Of a stretch of DNA of 64,000 nt, positions 13,231 to 26,100 are shown one piece after another. The stretch's first letter is position 1; the number at the start of each line of letters is the position of its first letter. The stretch is from NCBI RefSeq assembly GCF_964194025.1, contig NC_134469.1, positions 51,460,001 through 51,524,000 on the forward strand, given 5' to 3'. The stretch comes from Convolutriloba macropyga. Its lineage: Eukaryota. The notes under the pieces are model-generated. The model saw only the letters and a list, made by a program, of their open reading frames with translations, had not been told where the DNA came from and ran no database searches. Made by a program: the position numbers and the translations under genes.

Positions 13231-13471
13231 TCAAACAAGACCTGGTTGATATTTGGTTTCGGTAAGTAGTAGTTCAACCAGCATCTTTGGCAGGTCTGCT
13301 CTGCTGTTAATTGGTGCAGTGGTGGAGGTAGAACCCATTCCACAAGTGGCCAGTCGGGTGCCCTCGAACATCTCGTTCTTGCAAAGGGGGATTATTCTGT
13401 GCCTGCCTCTGATTGAAGTGGACAATTGCAAAACTGCAAGATCATTGAGGGGCTTGGTGCCCATTTGAAAG
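13231..13471 (-). CDS. S1 serine protease, exon 3 (catalytic Asp region); 3' boundary uncertain
   Basis: Acceptor TTACAG|C is phase-compatible with exon 2; reads DFQMGTKPLNDLAVLQL...IIPLC...LATCGMGST...LPKMLVE. It runs into TGA at 13233-13231 unless the weak donor CAG|GTCTTG at 13241 is used. Confidence 0.8.
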
Positions 13472-13587
13472 CTGTAACCATGCAAAATTTTTCTCAGACA
13501 CTTCTTTCAGAGAAAATTAATGAATTAAGTTTGAAAAAATGAATTCTAATTATTTTTTTTCTAATCGGTCAATAATTTACCACTTAC

Positions 13588-13678
13588 TCTTTATGGATCA
13601 CAATTTTGGTCACCGAGTGTAGAAATGCGTCGGCCTTGTCATTTTCAAAGTCCTTCACCACGATAATTACGTCTTCAA
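13588..13678 (-). CDS. S1 serine protease, exon 2 (91 bp, not in the ORF track)
   Basis: Acceptor CCCTTTTAG|TT and donor GA|GTAAGT; reads VEDVIIVVKDFENDKADAFLHSVTKIVIHK; phases 1 and 2 join exons 1 and 3 in frame. Confidence 0.88.
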
Positions 13679-14899
13679 CTAAAAGGGAAAACATTTATTA
13701 TCTTCCAGTTATATTTTATCATTAGTTTTTGTTTTTTGCTGTTTGTTTTTTATGCACAATAGCTATTGCAACCGACTGAGGTCCGCCGAATTGCTTTCAA
13801 GATGCGGGAACATAGATAGCCTTATTTGTCATCTGAAAAGGAATTATTAACAACGGATAGCTCTCACCATCAACGGATAGCTGTTAAAAATTAGCACAGC
13901 TAATATTTTTTGTCTAACAGATTTGACTATTTGCGCTATAATTAGATTTCCTAATAAGATTCCTTACTCTGTCACAGAGGAGCCTCCATAAATTTTAATC
14001 ACCCTAGACAAACTAGACAAACCCTATAAACATCGATTTCGAGAAAAACTCATTTTAATTACACCAAATGAGCAGAGATACCAAAAACGTCGTTCAATAA
14101 AAACAATGAGACTTATGAAAGACTGAAAGAGACAGCAAGTCTAGTTTTCTACCTCTCAAAACGGTGCCCTAAGCAAGACTGAACTTAGCTGACATCAAAT
14201 CCAGACAGTGGTTCACACGCATTAAATTGTATAACTAGAAGTTTTAGGATAAAGTTTCTCCAATTCAAAATGCCATAACCTAATTCTCTGATTTAAGTTT
14301 CACACTTCAATTTTTCGGAAGCAAGTGTAACTTCACAAACCTGCTACACTTTATTCGGCAAAGAAGAACAGGATCATCTTGTTCACATTTCTAGATAATT
14401 TATGCAAACGCCCTTGATAAAATCTGTTTATTTTTTGTTATTTCTATGTGCCGTGTTCCTTGATTGCTTTGAAATTTTCGAGATCAGGAACCGAGCCAAA
14501 CTTTTTAAAGCTTTCTTAACAAATCAACAGGTATGGTGGAAAGTGAGAAATTTTTGGCCTATACTTCCAATCGGTAAAAACCTCAGAATCAGGATAAGGT
14601 TTGGTGCAGACCAAAATTTAACTACTTGATTCATCCTTCAGAATTAAGTATGTTTGTTCTAGCCAATCAAGTATCTTACCAGCATGCAGCCCCCTCTTAT
14701 AAGGGTTCCACTATCTGACGCAGAGGGCGCGGTGATTTGATATATAGAAAGTCTTATTGCGGATGCCTACAATTGCAATTTCTCACCTCTAGTGTTCCTA
14801 ACCTAATCTAATGGTTGGCACTATCAATGGTGACAAAAAAATTGACATTATTTTTGGTCATCTACAAAAAAAAACATTTTTTGTGAGGAGACTAAAAGT

Positions 14900-17846
14900 A
14901 AACACCAGTGCTACATTTCTTGCCTAAATAAAATCCAGATTGACTGTGTTTTTCAAAAAATAATGGACAGGCGTTAGTTCACTATTTCTCTTTATTTAGG
15001 AATTTTGCAGCGACGAATAACACAACGCAGCGACGAATAACTGAGATAAAATAACTGCGTTTAATTGTTCAGGCAAATCCGACTATCGTCGATTTATGAA
15101 AAATAATGTACCTGGATAAGACTAAGCCGAAACAAAAAAAACTTCCAAAAATGTCAGCTCACACGTAATACCTCTTAACCCACACTTTCCAATTCGCAAG
15201 TCAGGCCTAACTAATTGTCTGGCTGAAAATTGAACCGAATGGATCTTTTTCTGCTAAGCAAATGTTTAGTCATCAAAGCGATTTCAAGTTTTACTAAATT
15301 TTATTTCATATCAGAAAAGCACTTTTTATCAAGTTGGATTGTTACAAATTACACCCTAACGCAAGTTTTCCCTTGTTGGTTGAAGTTATTATCCAGGTTG
15401 ATGTGCAATGATCAAATTTTAGAAATTCGTTTCTTTTTAGTTTTCTTAATAAACTATTCTCATCACAAAGATTCTGACCCGTTAATTCTTATTAAATTAT
15501 TCAACAGATAAATCTTATAAAGAGGTATACTATTGACGATCCTATATCCAAGGTCGGTGTTATACTAGGCATTTTGTAAAAAAAAAGTTAAATTGATCAT
15601 TTTCAACTCTAATTTTAATTGATTTCAATAACACAATGATTGACCGTATTCAATCTGACTCCGTAAACAGTTTTAATTAGTCGGAAAATCCCCGATTAAA
15701 ATTATTGCTTTAAGAAAATACTGATGACCAGAGTCACTGTAGAAGGGGACCGAAAATAGAAAAACTTTTAATAACCTTTCTGACTATGCTTTTTTTTGTC
15801 AAAATCAACTAATTTTGTTTGTTTGATGAATATTGATTCTGGGTTCTGTGTGGTTGCAGGAGCAGAGCGTTGTCACAAGTGTCTCCATTATCAGACCATT
15901 AAAGACTGTTTTTGGATACTGTTTGCTCCTAAAATTTTTACCTTCATTGAAGTCAACCCTGTCAGGATGTTTTATGTTACTTTGCAGGAATACTTTTATT
16001 TTCTTAGAGCAGTCAATTTTTAAGGTTCCTGGAACGTCGGATGACATATTTATGTTAAAGAGTAATTGAGTTATCCGTCGTGGTTTGGGGAATTCGGAAT
16101 AAGTGCGAGGAGAACTATAGTAAGAACCAATGCTACTTTTTATGCATGATAAAAATCAAAATTAACGCTTTTTCTCAAAAATTACCGAGCTCTAATTAAC
16201 GTTACTCCACTATTAAACCTTACTGAGGAGCTAAAGGAGTTTTGCTACTATGCTGTGAAGATTAACTGAGCTAAAATCACTGTCTCAAAACTGCGTTTAA
16301 CTATTAAGACGAATCTGACTGTCATCGATTTATGAAAAAAATCTACCTGAACAAGACCGAACTAAAACAAAAAAAACTGCCAAAATTGTCATCTCACTCG
16401 TGATACCTCTAAATCCTCAGTTTCTATTTCTCAAAAGTTACCGAGCTCTAATTAACGTTACTCCCCTATTACACTTTATTGAGGAGCAAAATGAGTTTTG
16501 CTAGTATGCTGCGAAAAAAACTGCGCTAAAATCCCGGTTTCAAAACTGTGGTTGACTGTTAATGTGAATCCGACTGTCTTCGACTTATGAAAAAAATCTA
16601 TCTGAATAAAAACAAGTCAAAACAAAAAAACTGCCAAAATTGTCATCTCACTCGTGATACCTCTAAATCCTCAGTTTCCATTTCTCAAAAGTTACCGAGC
16701 TCTAATTAACGTTACTCCCCTATTACACTTTATTGAGGAGCAAAATGAGTTTTGCTAGTATGCTGCGAAAGAAACTGCGCTAAAATCCCGGTTTCAAAAC
16801 TGTGGTTGACTGTTAATGTGAATCCGACTGTCATCGACTTATGAAAAAAAATCTATCTGAATAAAAACAAGTCAAAAGAAAAAAAACTGCCAAAATTGTC
16901 AACTCACTCTTGATACCTCTAAATCTTCACTTTCCAATTCGCATGTCAGACCTAACTAACTGTCTGGCTAAAAAATGAACCGAATGGATCTCTTTTACTA
17001 AGCAAATGTTTTGTCATCAAAGCGAATTCAAGTCTTACTAAATTTTCTTTCATATTGGAAAAGTACTTTTTATCAAATTGGATTGTTACAACCATATAAC
17101 ACCTTAACACAAATTGTGCCTTGTTGGCTTAAGTTATTATAGAGGTTTATGTGGAATGATTAAATTTTAGAATTTCGTTTGTTTTTTGTTTCCTAATTAA
17201 ACGGTTCACATCACAGCGTTTCTGACGCATTTATTCTTAATAAATTATTTACCAGATAATTCTTATAAATAGGTATACGGGTGACGATCATAAACTCGAG
17301 GTCAGTGTTGAACTAAATACTTTGTCATAAAAAGCTAAATTTATAATTTTCAACTCTAGTTTTAATTGATTTCAATATCACAATAACTGCCCGTATTCAA
17401 TCTGACTCGGTAAACAGGTTTATTTACTCAGAAAATCCCCGATCAAAATTATTGCTTTAAGAAGTATATTGTTGACCAGAGTCACTGTTGAACGGGATTG
17501 AACAGAGAAAAAACATTTAATAAGCTTTCCGACTTTGCTGTTTTTCGTCAATATCAACTAATTTTGTTGTTTGGTGAATATTGATTCGGGTTTCTGTGTG
17601 GTTGCAGGAGCAGAGCGTCATTACAACTGCCACCATTCTCAGACCATTTAAAACTGTTTTTGGCAACTGTTTGCTCCTGAAACTTTTACCTTCATTGAAG
17701 GCAAGCCTGGTCAGGCTATTTTTCGTTACTTTGCTGAAATACTTATATTTTTTAAAGCAGTTAATTTAAATTTCCTGGAAATTTGCAGGACTTATTCGTG
17801 CTAAAGCGTATTTGAGCAATCCGCCGTGTTTGAGGAACTTTGAATA
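14900..17846. repeat. Diverged tandem duplication in protease intron 1 (unit A ~14900-16100, unit B ~16120-17846)
   Basis: Collinear similarity, e.g. 15170-16100 versus 16910-17846 (CTGTGTGGTTGCAGGAGCAGAGCGT near 15846 and 17594). Confidence 0.9.
16182..16930. repeat. Three ~255-bp tandem units nested within unit B
   Basis: TTACCGAGCTCTAATTAACGTTACTCC recurs at ~16182, ~16438 and ~16692; units 2 and 3 are nearly identical. Confidence 0.93.
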
Positions 17847-18269
17847 TTTTGATTTAGTTGAATTAAACGCCTCGTAACAGTTTAAACCCCAACCCTTTCC
17901 CTTGTTATTTAGCTCAAATCACAATAGCTCTAAAAGACATGTCTATATATTTCAGCGTGCCACACTTAACTTTGATGATAAACCACACCTTTGTAAGCTT
18001 TTATTTAACAACCATACAAGCTTATAGAAAAAAACATATCGTAATAAACTCAGTTGTTGAAAATCAGTTGTCGTCTCTCGAAGCGGACCAGACTTACGAA
18101 AAGATAACAGTTGAGCTAAGATACTGAATTTTTTTTAGTTTACAGTTAGATTTTAATTGTGATGTATTTTTAAATTTGAAGTTTGATTTTGTAAAAACAC
18201 CCTTCTGTTGAGCATGACCAAGATCAGTTTACACTTTCAATTATTGAAAAATTGTTTCGAAATACATAC

Positions 18270-18558
18270 CAGGATACCTGTTCACACAGTGAGCAGCAGT
18301 AAGCACCCATGAACTGTCTATAATTGCTCCCCCGCAAAACAGACCCCCGGATCCAAGCAGTCGCACCTTTACATAGAAAGGACGCCATGGACTCTTGAAA
18401 CCGTTTATTATCAGCTGATTAATATCTGCAGTTAAATTTGATTTCCCAACACTTTCATTTTTTCGATCGGTCCAAATATGACTATACGATACAGGAATAA
18501 AAAATATGCATAAGTTTAACGATGCTATAATCAAAGCAGAGGTCAACGAAAGCTTCAT
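18270..18558 (-). CDS. S1 (trypsin/chymotrypsin-family) serine protease, exon 1: signal peptide, propeptide, catalytic His
   Basis: Hydrophobic N-terminus [26 protein letters not shown]; mature-like IING; [18 protein letters not shown]; donor G|GTATGT at 18269. Confidence 0.92.
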
Positions 18559-19638
18559 AGCTGATATTTATAGAATTTGTTCTCAAATTTGACAGGCCAA
18601 GGAAATGTTTGAACAATGAGCCTAATTCCAAACAAATCCATACAATAAAACAAGGTTTCAAGCAACCTGTGGTACGATACTTACTTCTTTAACACTTGTC
18701 AAAGTCTACAATTTGTGGACACTGATTTCACATTTTTGATCATTCCATGGCTCGTGGTAACCAGTTCACTAAATTTCACCGTAAACTAAGAATCTCAATT
18801 TTTCGATTCGATGATAATTGGGCGCAAAAAAACTGTCTGCAAATGAAGTATTGGGTAGATTGGAGGTTTATAGCTTAATTTCCGATTCAAATGATAGTAA
18901 GAACTCATATCCGTAGTTTAGTCCCAGGTTCTCACTTCCGTTTTAAAGGTTAAGAACTAATTTGGCGGAATTGCCAGAATTTAAAAATCTTGCCAGAATA
19001 ATACAAGAATACATTTAAATTGAAGGCAAAGTAGTTTCTTCTTCCCAATATTCTCGTGACGATTGAGTCAACCCTGAAAAATTATTGCACAGATTTGAAG
19101 CCATCTTGAAAGTTTCTTGCTGTAAGTTTTTAAATCCATGGCCATTTCTTTTTATTGTTCAATAGAACTTTACAATAATTTGAAGACACAATCTGAGATA
19201 ATATTATTGCTCAAATAAAGACCGCTTTCGATAGTAACTTTTTGTAAATTTTCAATTCCGTTAGAATCTTTCTCAACATAGCTATACTTATATTTCCAAG
19301 ATAGCAACACTTAGAGAAACAAAAAAGTATTAGTGTATATCAAAATTGAGGATAATAATGAGATATCAATTTTCTAGCATGTATCTGCATTTTAAAGGAG
19401 GATGGAACGTCAAAAAAATGTCACAGCTAAAAACTTGTCATTTTTGCTCAAGCAACTTCTACTGGTTTCACAAATGTAAATTAAAAAGTATAGGAAAAGT
19501 CTGTTAGACAAAATGGAAGAAAAAGTCAAACCAATGGCACAGGATTCAAACCAAAAAATTTTCCTATTCTCAATAGCTGTTCCCTTTGATTTGTTTTATT
19601 CCGTCTTATAAAAATATTTAAAAGAATCTACGGCTGTG

Positions 19639-21400
19639 AACACGACACTTGGTAAAGTGCGCTCTCCCATGATGTTCAGAGCCGGCGTCATCGAAATATT
19701 TTACTTAATTGTCCATCAAATTAAGAAGATAGAAACTCATATTTTGGTTTTAGAAAATGATGCATGAATAAAAATATATTTTTAAACACAAACCGATAAA
19801 CAATTTAAATAATACAGCGTTAAGAGACCAATTAGACCTGTCACATATTTGAGTGAAGCACAAATCAAACAGCAAAAAACCAGAAACATTAATAGCAAAA
19901 AATGCAAAATAGCACAAAAACCGCTAACAATTTTTTTGCTTCTCTAGAAAAAGAACAAGGCCTGCCGGCGACACTAAACAAAGAACAATGCCGTATTAGA
20001 AAACCAATGCAACCTGCCATTAGAAAAAACTACAAGAAAAGACAAACAACAAAATCAAATGACAGCAAAAATTATTTATTCAGACCAAAACTCGATGTCT
20101 GTTTTTTAAAACACACCTGATATCACAGTGAAAATAACATCAGTTAAAACTACAACTAAAAAAATCAATTTATGTTCCACCAGAAAATTATGGGACCTGT
20201 CCTTAAAGAGATTAGGTATAAGGTAGACAAAACAACAAAGACAAAGTAAAAAACGGTCACTTTTTTTGAAAACAGTTATTTTCGAACTTAGGAAAGCCCT
20301 TAGCTATCAACTGAAACCAATAAATAGTTTAATTAGTATCTCACAGAGATGTAATTGAGACCTGTAATTTTCCACAATATATCACTCGAGAAAACGAATT
20401 TGCAGCCGTTAACACCATAATGTATACACTGAAAACATTAGATATGTTCAACTGCGACTTATTCGTCAACATTAATGCGATAAATGACCAGACGTTAATG
20501 CGATAACGTGACAATAAAGCAAAAACAACCTGAAACATCAAACGGAAAAATAAATAATTAAATAATTAATTTATACAGCAAAAAATTAAATAATGTCGCA
20601 ATGGACACTAACTTAAATTTTACTAAGAAAATGATTTGACCTCTTTTTGCTAAGACTAAGCTAAAACTTGACAAAAATAAGAAAAAGGTGGCAGAGCTCA
20701 AAAATCCTTCGTCTTTTTCTTAAAAAATTCTAGTAGTGATAGCAACTAATATCTTTCAACTAATAATTTTTAGAAAAGTTAACTCCTTAGAAGCCAATTT
20801 CACCTGTGATTGTTGGGACTTAGTCATAAGATTACAAAAACAACGAATACAGGCAAAACTCAGAATTTCAAACATTAAATTGTTGAAGCCACAAAAACCA
20901 TTAGCATTTTCAATAAAACTAATTTACATGGTCATTGGCCCTCATTTACAGGTATACGGAATCTAACAAAAAGCCTGAATTTCACCTTAAATATAAAGAA
21001 CGCGGAAAAGAAAGTGCCCCATTGCAATCAGAAGGGTTTTTGAGTTTTGAAAATACATGGTTAAACGAAAACTAGCCTTGCAATTGCTGCTCTTCCACTA
21101 ATGAACCGCAATTCTTCCAAAGGTTAGATAATTTTACAAAAATTCATATAACAATGATAATTGGTCGAATTTTGGAAAATTATCAAGTTAAATTAGGGAA
21201 AAGCGATCAAGTTTTAATTCCAGAACACTCTCAAAATAAACGGAAATAAAAACGGACCGGTTTGAAATTTGGGAAGCTTATAACGGCAGTTTTTGTGTCT
21301 ATCTTCAGCAACTTAAACAAAGTGTTCTGAAGAAGCTTATTTGGTGCCACATTTGGCAAAAAAAAGCTGTATTTTAAACTTTTAGCCCGAATTTTAGTTA
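19639..21400 (-). mobile_element. Diverged partial copy of Helentron/DINE-1-like family A
   Basis: 19639-19720 aligns by eye with the reverse complement of 36530-36612, and 21285-21350 with the reverse complement of 34125-34190. The right boundary is approximate. Confidence 0.55.
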
Positions 21401-21877
21401 GACTAATTTCAAGGCATGGGCAGCAAAATTCTTACGTACAATTTCAACGTACAATTTCAATGTTTACAGGAATCATAATCTGGGCGTCGCTATACTTTGT
21501 TGCACAACTTAAAATCAGAATATTTCACAATCAACCAAAGCACAAACTAATTCCTGAAACGCCTCAACTTTATCTGTACAGAAATTTCGCCAATTCAGCT
21601 TACTTGAAAGTATTTGCTAATTCAAGTACAAATTTTCCAATTCGAAAATCCTGTTTCAAGATTGACCTTACTTTGGCGAGCATTCTCAATATTGCCATTA
21701 TCTCCTTCAAAAATTAAATTATCAAATATACCCTAAGAAATATTTCAAGGGATTTTTTAGGACTAGATGCAATCAAAAGGAATCATAAGACTCAAATATT
21801 TAAGAATCCCATTGTGCTCAATTCCACAGCATGTCATTAGCCGTTATCATTCGACAGGTTTGTGACCACATATGTCA

Positions 21878-22236
21878 TGTAAAGGAACCAAGTTCCTTTA
21901 TATTTTATCTCCCCCCAGACCCTCATTTTCCTCCCCCCACCTACACTTTCGTCCTCCAAAACCCTTTCATTTCATGATTTTCATTCCCCCAACCTATTTT
22001 CGTTGAAGCTTTTTATATGTTGATTTTATTGAAGAAGTCAGAAGTGGTTGACGTTCACTTTCAATATTATTTATAGTAAGGGATTTCCCGTTTTTGACCA
22101 TAACTTGTGTGCCAATGGCGCGAATTATGATGTATTTATAGAGCTTGATTTGCTACCATAGTCGCGACTTTCAGAAATACAAATATTAATGAAAAGTTGT
22201 CTTGGTATGCAAGACTTAGGCCGAAGAGCATAAACA
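21878..22236 (+). repeat. BEL 1 5' LTR
   Basis: TGTAAAGGAACC...GAGCATAAACA; direct repeat of 30643-31001. Confidence 0.97.
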
Positions 22237-22240
22237 TTTC

Positions 22241-22255
22241 TGGCGTATCCTAGGG
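22241..22255 (+). promoter_or_regulatory. Probable primer-binding site of BEL 1 (primer tRNA not identified)
   Basis: TGGCGTATCCTAGGG begins 4 nt after the 5' LTR. Confidence 0.6.
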
Positions 22256-23127
22256 TCAAAAAAGGACCTTTGAAACTTGCTCGACGCAGACTGGCGAATT
22301 TTTGATTTTATAGGGGGGAACTTAGACATTTGACACTTAGCACATTTTAAACTCTGGTTTTGATAACTTCACACTTTTTAATCAAAAACATCACAATCAC
22401 AAATGATCCAACTGATTTTTAATCTGGCCCTAGAAGTGAAGACTGAGATGAGAGTTCTCCTGAAAAGGATGCTTGCGTGGGATGCCTATTCACGACAGAT
22501 GGGCTGGTCTTGCTTGCGGGTTTGAATGTCTTCATTTCAAAGGCTGGATTTTAATAGGCGACTAGTTATCGTTGGATCAATATAGTATCTTTCCGCATTA
22601 GTTTTGAAAGGAGTAGGTCCTCCTCTAGGTGAAATTTAAAGCACCACCAACACACACATTAACTTAGGATTAGTTGCAAGGCCTGGTATGCCCTTGCTAC
22701 CTTAAGGTTTATAGGAACGTGAAGCTATCCCCCCACCAGTGTCAGTAGACACACACAATAGTCGAAAGTTAACCACCACAGGTTAGGGTTCCTTCTGTCT
22801 CGCTCGAGAATCAAATAGGCAACCAGACAAACACCTAATTTATCTAAGTTTGTAGGAATTTCACTGATTAGTGGAAAAGTTTAACTCTATGCAACTTCTG
22901 ATTAGCATCATATCTGTATCAAACATCACTTAGTGATAGCGACAAGCATAAACATAGCAATCCAACATTAAACAAAAGCATTAGCTAAGCACAGTAAGCA
23001 ACAGCCTCATTTAAATAATAGGTTTAACATAGCAAAAACTAGAATAGGGCTGTTACAAGGAAACATAGTGCAGTAACAGTGCAGTATAAACTTTGTAAAA
23101 TAAGAAAAGTCTTGTAACACAATCAAC

Positions 23128-26100
23128 ATGCCAAACAAGTCCAAAGCATCATCAACAGCAAAGAACAGCCTCAAGCAACAACTTCAGCTGAAAGTGATAG
23201 AGTGGAACGCAGTAAAAGACCTCTTCGAAGAACAAAGCAATAGTAACGAAGGTCTAAGCATACTACGTGAAACTTTGGAACTTTTGAGGTCTCAAAAAGA
23301 GCAGTTGGACAGAAGTTGCAGTGAACTCATGAAGCTACAGCTAACAAGTGAAGAGTTGACAACACTTGCTAATGAATCTGCTGAAAGAAACATAACCATG
23401 CTGAAATGCAAACAGAGAGCAAAAGCACACAGAACGGATGCAAGTGACACTGAATCTGCTTTCAACACATCAGCAGCGCCTTCCCCTAATCTACTGAGAA
23501 AACAGTACCCTTTACGCAATAGAGCAATGAAACAAATGAAACATCAGTTGGCAAGCCGCAACAATCAGGAAACAAACAAAGCCGACTCGTCCGACTCAGA
23601 AGACCCTGATAATTCTCAACCCGTTTTTAACATTGAAGAGAGAGGAAGGAACAGAGAATTTCTCACAGGGGCCTTGAGAATAGATGAGGGCTGGCAAAAT
23701 TCAATTCGATCGAGAGAAGAGAACCATGTTCGAGGACAGAACCAACATGAGAGTGAGGATAGAGCTGGGCATTTGCAACAACCACTTTCTTTTCACATCA
23801 ATAGCCAAGCTGGTCCTACCATGAACCATAGGTACACACCACAAAATCAACAACCACTGAACAGTTGTACCGGGCATGAAGTACACTATTACAACGGCTC
23901 TAACAACAACCTATACAATGGCTTTCCGAGTTTCCCGAGTTCTCCACCAGACTGGATGCAACACCAGGCACTGATGATACAGAACACAATGAGTTTGCCC
24001 AAGATATCAATTGATAATTTCACAGGTGATCCTTTGAAATGGCACCAGTGGTTCAGCTTCTTCAAAGCGACCATTCACAACAACAGTGGCCACTCAGACG
24101 CTCAAAAAATGACATACCTCCAAAACTCTGTAACACATAAGGCAAGAGATTCCATAAGTGGATACTCATACAATGGGGACTACTACCATGAAGCTATCGC
24201 TGAACTGACCAGAAAGTTTGGCAAACCACAGCATATTGACGCTGCATACCTAGATCAATTGGAGAAGTGGCCGAAACCCAGACTGGACGAACCAAACACT
24301 TTTGTGAGCTTTTCATCCTTCTTGAGGAGACTGGTACAAACATTCAGGCTTCACAACTTTGAAGCTGACCTCAAGTCTTCAGCCGTCCTGAGAATGGCCA
24401 GAGACAAACTGAACGCTACCATGATAATCAGATGGAATCAACACACAAGAAGCCAAGCCTTGCTGCAACCTAACCTTACCCACTTTGCTGATTGGATTGA
24501 CTCCTACGCAGAGGCGTGTGAGGACATCTCCCCACAACGGAACCAGAGAACCAGAGTGAACAGTTCTTCTAGAAGGGGGCCACCAGATGTGTCATGTCAA
24601 CTCTGCTCACAAAACCACAACCTTGGTCGATGTCCCGAATACTTGGAAAAAACAGTGTATGACCGACAGTGTTGTGTGAGAAGGTTCAATCTCACTGTCT
24701 AAGAGGTCCTAACTGTCTAAGAGGTCATGAAAAGGGTCTCTGTCAATCAAAAACAAGGTGCCTTGTGGACAGATGCAATGGTTTCCATCACTCAACACTC
24801 CATAGGACAGATGCAAGGCAGATGCAACAATATGCACAACCAAATGGGAACTGGAACCAAAACTCACAAAATAACTTCAGACCCCAAACCAACCAAAACC
24901 AGTCAAACTATGGACGTAACTTTAACAATGAAAACCAAAGGCAGCAGACGAGTTCAAACTACAACCAACAGAGTGGAACTCAAAACAGACATGGTGGATC
25001 TAACAGCAGTACTTCACACAGGGGCAACTGGAACAAAAATGGTTTTCACCCTCAGCCGATGAACACGCAGAACGACAACAACAGACAGCAGAGTAGCAAT
25101 CAACGCACTGTGGCTCAGCAGCAGGCAACTACTCCGCAACAAAACTACACCTGCAGCAACCAGCAGGAGACTTCTTGGATCAGACCGCAGATTCAGTTGC
25201 AGGCAATACCAGTAACACTTTTCAACAGAGATCTTTGCATTGAAACCTACGCATTGCTGGACAGTGGCAGTGACAATACTCAAATAACACAGAAGGTTGC
25301 TGATGCACTTCAAGTTCAACAACCAAAAGACATAACCCTACCACTAGCTTCACTTCATGGTGAACACTCAGTCAAAACAGCAGATGTCATGATCGGCATA
25401 GGAGCTTTGTACAGCAGTTGTCCTGTGATCAGAATCCCTGTGTACGCAACAGCAATGGACGAGTTTCGCATGCCAAGAGTTCAAATTGAAATGTTGAATG
25501 AGATCTGCAGAGACCATTCTCACCTCCAGAGCATAAGATTTCCAACAATCAGGGACAACCGGATCGGAATACTGATTGGAGCAGACGCATTCACAGCAAC
25601 AGTTCCCAGACAGTTCACAACGGGACCCACTGGCACAACATACGGAGTCAACACTCTGCTTGGCTGGACACTGACAGGGCCCATTCCTCAGAGGTACACA
25701 CAGAAGAGGGTCGGACAGTCAAACAGAACAAACATAACACTTTTCAATCATATCAAGAGACGGCAAGACGATCCAGATGAAGATCTTCTCCAGCTCTTCT
25801 GGACAATTGAAGGAGTGAACTTCAATCAGTGTTCTGCAAAGGGACAGTCTTCAGATGACAAGGAGGCGGTTTCCATCCTCAATGATACCATAGGACACAT
25901 TGGTGACAGATACCAGATTGGACTTCCATGGAAGAAAGACATCACACTACCTAACAACTACTTCATGGCCAAAGTTCAGTGGCAAGCTCTGCAGCAGAGG
26001 TTGGAGAGGGACACAAACTTGAGAGACCGCTATGAGGAAACAATCAAAAAAGGTTTGGATAAAAACTACATCACAACTGCAGACCCCAGTTGCAGACACT

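Noticed and set aside
16182-16930. Regularly spaced repeats as a CRISPR-like array
   Set aside because: The whole ~255-bp units repeat with no unique spacers, there are no cas genes, and the context is a eukaryotic intron.
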